Shown in pieces: positions 60,137 to 64,000 of a stretch of 64,000 nt of DNA. Under the pieces are notes generated by a model that did not search any database, was not told where the DNA came from, and saw nothing but the letters and a program-made list of their open reading frames with translations. Location: positions 96,001 through 160,000 of the IMG/VR virus record IMGVR_UViG_3300008448_000004. The stretch is one strand, 5' to 3'. The stretch's first letter is position 1. Each line of letters begins with the position of its first letter. The position numbers and the translations under genes were made by a program. This DNA is from a virus.

Positions 60137-61164
60137 TGACAGTGGTAGTTTAAGTATCTCTGAAGTGCTTTTGCGTAATGTGTTCCTTTATCTTTTAATT
60201 TACCTTTTGCAGCTCTAACTCTAGAACAAGAAAGGTTACCTAATCTTTTCTTAAGAATACCAGGCTTTACAGGGTCGTGAACTCCTTCTGCAACTGCATT
60301 AATCTCTTCGTAGCTTAGGATGCCTGTTGGAGTTAGTATAATTTCATTCCATAAATGAGTTACATCCCTTTTACAAGCTGTCCAATCTCTACATATATTC
60401 TCTTCATATTCTGGAAAAGAAAATCTGAATAAGTTTGCAGCTCTATGCCCTTTATCTGTAGCAAAAGATTTTACGTCAGATTGAAATGCAGCTACTAAAT
60501 GACCTTTTAGTTTAACGAGTATATTGCTTTCTGGTCTAAAGAATTTTTTAAATTGAGCAGTGAAGCAGGATATAGAGAATGTAGTTTGCGTCTGTATAGA
60601 TGTAGCAATATTCTTTAATCCTTCTCTAGAAGTCCAGTGGTAAGCTACCGCTTCTATATCTGCAGAGCCGTATGTATCTACTGTAAACATTTCATCTAGT
60701 AAAACATAAGGTTCTATGTTTCCTCTAGAATAAAAAAATGCAATTTTATCATTTTCAATATTGACAAGATACTTCCCATACTCTTCTCTTATAGTCCATA
60801 TTCTATGGTTTATAAAATCTTCTATAAAGTCTAGAACCATTTTCTTCGTATGCTTGTCGTATAATTCAGTTTCTATATACAGTTGGTAACTAAAGTATTT
60901 ATTAACTAACTGTATTAGCCTTTTATCTCCTCCCACTTCTCCTCCTCTTACGTCGTAACCTTGTTTTTGTAATTCTAGAAACTCTCTTGAAATATTTTCC
61001 CATTCCCGTATAGTATGAAATGCACTTTCGGGTTTAATATAGCCTCTCACTTTATACTCTGCGGCATCTTCTACGTAATACTCTTCTTCTTTCTGTAATT
61101 TAACTCTTTCGAATGAATATACAGGCGTGGCTACCTCTTTTAATATGTCTCTGAGTTTGATCAT
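60133..61164 (-). CDS. Possible ADP-ribosyltransferase-fold protein with N-terminal tag
   Basis: YHWTS..G...I / ISCFT / NEIIL pattern; starts MIKLRDILKE. Confidence 0.45.
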   Translation of the reverse strand: MIKLRDILKEVATPVYSFERVKLQKEEEYYVEDAAEYKVRGYIKPESAFHTIREWENISREFLELQKQGYDVRGGEVGGDKRLIQLVNKYFSYQLYIETELYDKHTKKMVLDFIEDFINHRIWTIREEYGKYLVNIENDKIAFFYSRGNIEPYVLLDEMFTVDTYGSADIEAVAYHWTSREGLKNIATSIQTQTTFSISCFTAQFKKFFRPESNILVKLKGHLVAAFQSDVKSFATDKGHRAANLFRFSFPEYEENICRDWTACKRDVTHLWNEIILTPTGILSYEEINAVAEGVHDPVKPGILKKRLGNLSCSRVRAAKGKLKDKGTHYAKALQRYLNYHCQ

Positions 61165-62117
61165 TCGTATATCTGTGGATTTTTACGTCCGTAGTCTCTC
61201 ATTATCATAGCAGCAGAAGCATTTGCTTCATTCTCAATATCACTACCTGTATCTCCTGCTCCCATTTGTAACATCCCTAATTCGTTCTGCTTATGATGTA
61301 CCAGCTCGTGAGCTAGAGTTCTAAAAATATCTGCAAGGTTTCTATTACCGGTATAGACACAGAGTTCGTACGTTTCGGGATTATAATGCCCGAAGGTAAA
61401 GTTTTGCTTAGGAAAGCTTGGGTCTGAGATTGTTTCGATGCCGGGCATGTTATCTACCTCTAATAAATCACAGCAGTGTTTTATAAATTTCTGTATCTCT
61501 AAATCTCTAGGATTCTCTAAACCTGCTTCGTAGCTTTCTTTAATAGTAGCTGCTAGCATTTTAAATAGCTGTTGAGATTTACCTTTAGCGTTGACTGCTT
61601 CAGGTACACATTCTTTAAATTTATCGTAATTACCTGTCCTCAATGCTTCACGCATTGTTGTAGCTGATATTCTTTCAAACTTTTCCTCTACAGGAATGGT
61701 AAGTATTTGATCTCCAAAACGTTTCTGTAGAGATTTAAAATAGTTTTGATCTTCTACTTCGTCTTTAGCTCCGGCTAGATAGATTGGTTTTTGTTGAGGT
61801 CTTGCTTCTATAAATTTATAAGCATAGGTTACCGGGCTAGGGTATGGGGATATCTCAACACTTGCTTTCGGAATAGGGTTACACTCTAAATAAGTTTCCC
61901 AAGTCTTTAAGCTTTGTTGTGCTGTTATACCGTCTCTTTCTTTTTGACTAATTACTATATATACCTGATCTATGTATCCTCTAGAGGCTAGGTCTTTAAC
62001 GACTTCAAAATGGCCTTTATGTGGAGGTTTGAATCCTCCGGGATATATGCAAGGTCCTAGCTCATAAGTTACATCTTCTACAATGCTCTTAGCTAGATTA
62101 AACGCCGTTAAATTCAT
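61161..62117 (-). CDS. HIGH-family nucleotidyltransferase fused to HExxH zincin-like domain
   Basis: GGFKPPHKGH and ISATTMR; C-terminal LAHELVHHKQ...ENEANA. Confidence 0.8.
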   Translation of the reverse strand: MNLTAFNLAKSIVEDVTYELGPCIYPGGFKPPHKGHFEVVKDLASRGYIDQVYIVISQKERDGITAQQSLKTWETYLECNPIPKASVEISPYPSPVTYAYKFIEARPQQKPIYLAGAKDEVEDQNYFKSLQKRFGDQILTIPVEEKFERISATTMREALRTGNYDKFKECVPEAVNAKGKSQQLFKMLAATIKESYEAGLENPRDLEIQKFIKHCCDLLEVDNMPGIETISDPSFPKQNFTFGHYNPETYELCVYTGNRNLADIFRTLAHELVHHKQNELGMLQMGAGDTGSDIENEANASAAMIMRDYGRKNPQIYE

Positions 62118-62875
62118 TTCTTTATATTTAAAAACGTTTTTATTTTCGAATCTAGTTCATCAAAAGCTGTAAAATCGTTCTGGTTTACTTTATCTATCAT
62201 ACCTTGAAACTCTCTCTCAAGAACTGTTTTTTGTTCTGGAGATAATTCTTGGTAATTTGGGTTGATTTTAAAGAACTGTTCTACTTTATCTGCAGAAAAG
62301 GTATCTGGTCCGCCATCTGGGTCATTGTTATTGACAATGGCAAATTTGGAATCTCCAAAAGTTTGCTTATAATGGTCAATGTTATTAGTAACATCCTTCC
62401 AGCTGCGAAGCACGATAGACGGTTTTAAGCTTCTATCTCTTAAAGTATTACGCCTTAAAGTTGTCATCGGAGAAGCATAAACCATCACCATCATTACATC
62501 GTATCCTGCATTCTCTAGTTCATTTTTCTTCTTAGTAGTTGTATTCTTACTACCTCCTGTAACGTCCATTATAACAGGTCTTCCTCTGAGAACAGCTTCT
62601 TTATAATCCTCTTTAGTCTTTATCTGAGCTTTTTGCATAGCTTTAGATGCTTGACTGAGCTGATCTGATGTGAATGCTCCTTGATTCATACTTCCACCGC
62701 CTATTTTTTCTAATTCTGGCTCGAAGTACTTATCTGGGTTTAGGACGTATTCTTGGAATTCAGATGGAATGTAGTTTTTAATAATAGTACTTTTACCGGA
62801 TCCTGCCGGTCCTGCAAATAGTATAGCTCTTTTATTTTTAGCTACCTCGTATAAAATGGTTCCGAGTTTTATCAT
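62114..62875 (-). CDS. Zeta-toxin/PNK-like P-loop kinase with N-terminal tag
   Basis: GPAGSGKS, LNPDKYFE, IMDVTG, LRRNTLRDR; starts MIKLGTILYE. Confidence 0.8.
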   Translation of the reverse strand: MIKLGTILYEVAKNKRAILFAGPAGSGKSTIIKNYIPSEFQEYVLNPDKYFEPELEKIGGGSMNQGAFTSDQLSQASKAMQKAQIKTKEDYKEAVLRGRPVIMDVTGGSKNTTTKKKNELENAGYDVMMVMVYASPMTTLRRNTLRDRSLKPSIVLRSWKDVTNNIDHYKQTFGDSKFAIVNNNDPDGGPDTFSADKVEQFFKINPNYQELSPEQKTVLEREFQGMIDKVNQNDFTAFDELDSKIKTFLNIKK

Positions 62876-62891
62876 AAGACAGTATTCTCAT

Positions 62892-62899
62892 AATAAATA
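62892..62899 (-). promoter_or_regulatory. Putative late motif TATTTATT
   Basis: 16 nt upstream of the tagged-enzyme block. Confidence 0.6.
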
Positions 62900-62900
62900 G

Positions 62901-63698
62901 TTAGTTCTCGAGCTTAATAACATTTGGTAGTAGTTCTGTTGCAGGAACTAATTCCTCATTTTCAAGTTCAAATAGTTTATAAGCTAATTTAAAAAGCTCA
63001 AAATCTTCAGCTAGAGTTTTACCGGATTCTTTTAACTCCCATCCATCTCCTTGTAACTTTTTGCCTTGCTTGTCCGGTCCTCGCTTTGTGGATTTTAGCC
63101 AAAGTATTCCGCGTCTGTGTATCTCCATATTGTGTGTTTCGTTCCAAGCCGTCGCATAGGCTGCGGTTTGCAAATCGTAACTTCTATGTAAGCTATTGGA
63201 AGTTTTAATATCGATCAACCAATTTTCTTCCCCTATTTGACATACTATATCTCCAGTACCTGCAAATTTATAAGCATCTGAGAATAAGTGGCATTCACTC
63301 GCAATCAAGACTGGTTTATGCGTGTTCCAAAAATCAGCAAATTTACCAATCATTCTCCAAACATCCGTTGGATAGTTAATATGTCCGTTTTCATCAATCC
63401 ATCTAATCTCTTCTCCTGATAGGTATCTCTCAATAGCAGTGTGTACTTGAGTTCCTTCGTCTCCTGCTTTTCTCATTATGATGTCTGCGTTATGTCCGAC
63501 ATCTTTCATCCATGTCTCAAAAAATTTATTCTTAGGGAAGTAAGACAGTACGTAGGTTACGGATGGGTAAAATACTCCTGCGTCTCTTTGATAATACCTC
63601 TGGTCGTGCAGGGTTATTTGTTTGGCGTGAGGACTTACCTCTACCACTCTTCTTACAGCCGGATGGTAGTAAGCGTTTTGTCCTTTTTGAATGCTCAT
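62901..63698 (-). CDS. Cas4-like / PD-(D/E)XK phage exonuclease
   Basis: PSVT, GTQVH, AGTGD, LIDIKTS, LQTAAY. Confidence 0.85.
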   Translation of the reverse strand: MSIQKGQNAYYHPAVRRVVEVSPHAKQITLHDQRYYQRDAGVFYPSVTYVLSYFPKNKFFETWMKDVGHNADIIMRKAGDEGTQVHTAIERYLSGEEIRWIDENGHINYPTDVWRMIGKFADFWNTHKPVLIASECHLFSDAYKFAGTGDIVCQIGEENWLIDIKTSNSLHRSYDLQTAAYATAWNETHNMEIHRRGILWLKSTKRGPDKQGKKLQGDGWELKESGKTLAEDFELFKLAYKLFELENEELVPATELLPNVIKLEN

Positions 63699-64000
63699 GT
63701 TAATTGTAATTTTTTTGATAATATGGTTCGGAAGGTTAAGGGTGTAGCTTTATGAAGCTGTTGTGTAAATTTTGTAAATCCTAATTCACTAGGATCTTTA
63801 TCTTCTAATTCAATTAAGTAAACTTCTTTACCTAGATCTAAGAGCTCTTGTGCGTACTTTAGCGTAAGTTTTAAAACATCGTTATCTAAAGCTAAGTAGA
63901 CAGTCTTAACTTGTATTTCGTTTAGCTTGGCTTTTAAAGCAGTTGGTATTAACTTACCAAAAAGAGGAATAGCATTTCGTTTAGCTGCTATAGCATCGAA
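63695..64000 (-). CDS. DNA primase, TOPRIM C-terminal part (partial; not in ORF track)
   Basis: Hand translation FDAIAAKRNAIPLFGK...YLALDND...KDPSELGF. Confidence 0.85.
   Translation of the reverse strand, partial: FDAIAAKRNAIPLFGKLIPTALKAKLNEIQVKTVYLALDNDVLKLTLKYAQELLDLGKEVYLIELEDKDPSELGFTKFTQQLHKATPLTFRTILSKKLQLT

Noticed and set aside
62901-63698. Cas4-like protein as a sign of a CRISPR system
   Set aside because: Stand-alone phage exonuclease next to primase; no cas operon or array

Overview
64 kb segment of a large lytic myovirus genome with a T4-like morphogenesis module. Essentially every real gene is on the minus strand and densely packed, in the standard genetic code. I saw no tRNAs, CRISPR arrays or mobile elements. 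In transcription order (right to left): partial DNA primase and a Cas4-like exonuclease; a late-expressed block of enzymes, several carrying an N-terminal 10-aa tag MIKLxxIL(K/Y/E)E that looks like a capsid-targeting, protease-cleaved signal; acidic modular head proteins; terminase, portal, prohead protease, scaffold, major capsid, PhoH, neck, fibre, sheath and tube; a frameshift-joined tail chaperone pair; tape measure and baseplate proteins; a replication block (compact family-A polymerase, gp32-like SSB, UvsX, RNase H-like nuclease, gp41-like helicase, class II RNR); and a complete 7-deazaguanine DNA-modification pathway (folE, queD, queE, queC, queF, dpdA-like, dpdN-like formyltransferase) predicted to make formylated dPreQ1. 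Two promoter classes are visible. Seven TTG(G/A)-N19-TAnnTT(T/A)(A/G) sites match the Bacteroidota housekeeping consensus and point to a Bacteroidota host. Sixteen TATTTAT(A/T) sites lie mostly in front of structural genes. All family calls come from visual motif recognition, not database searches.
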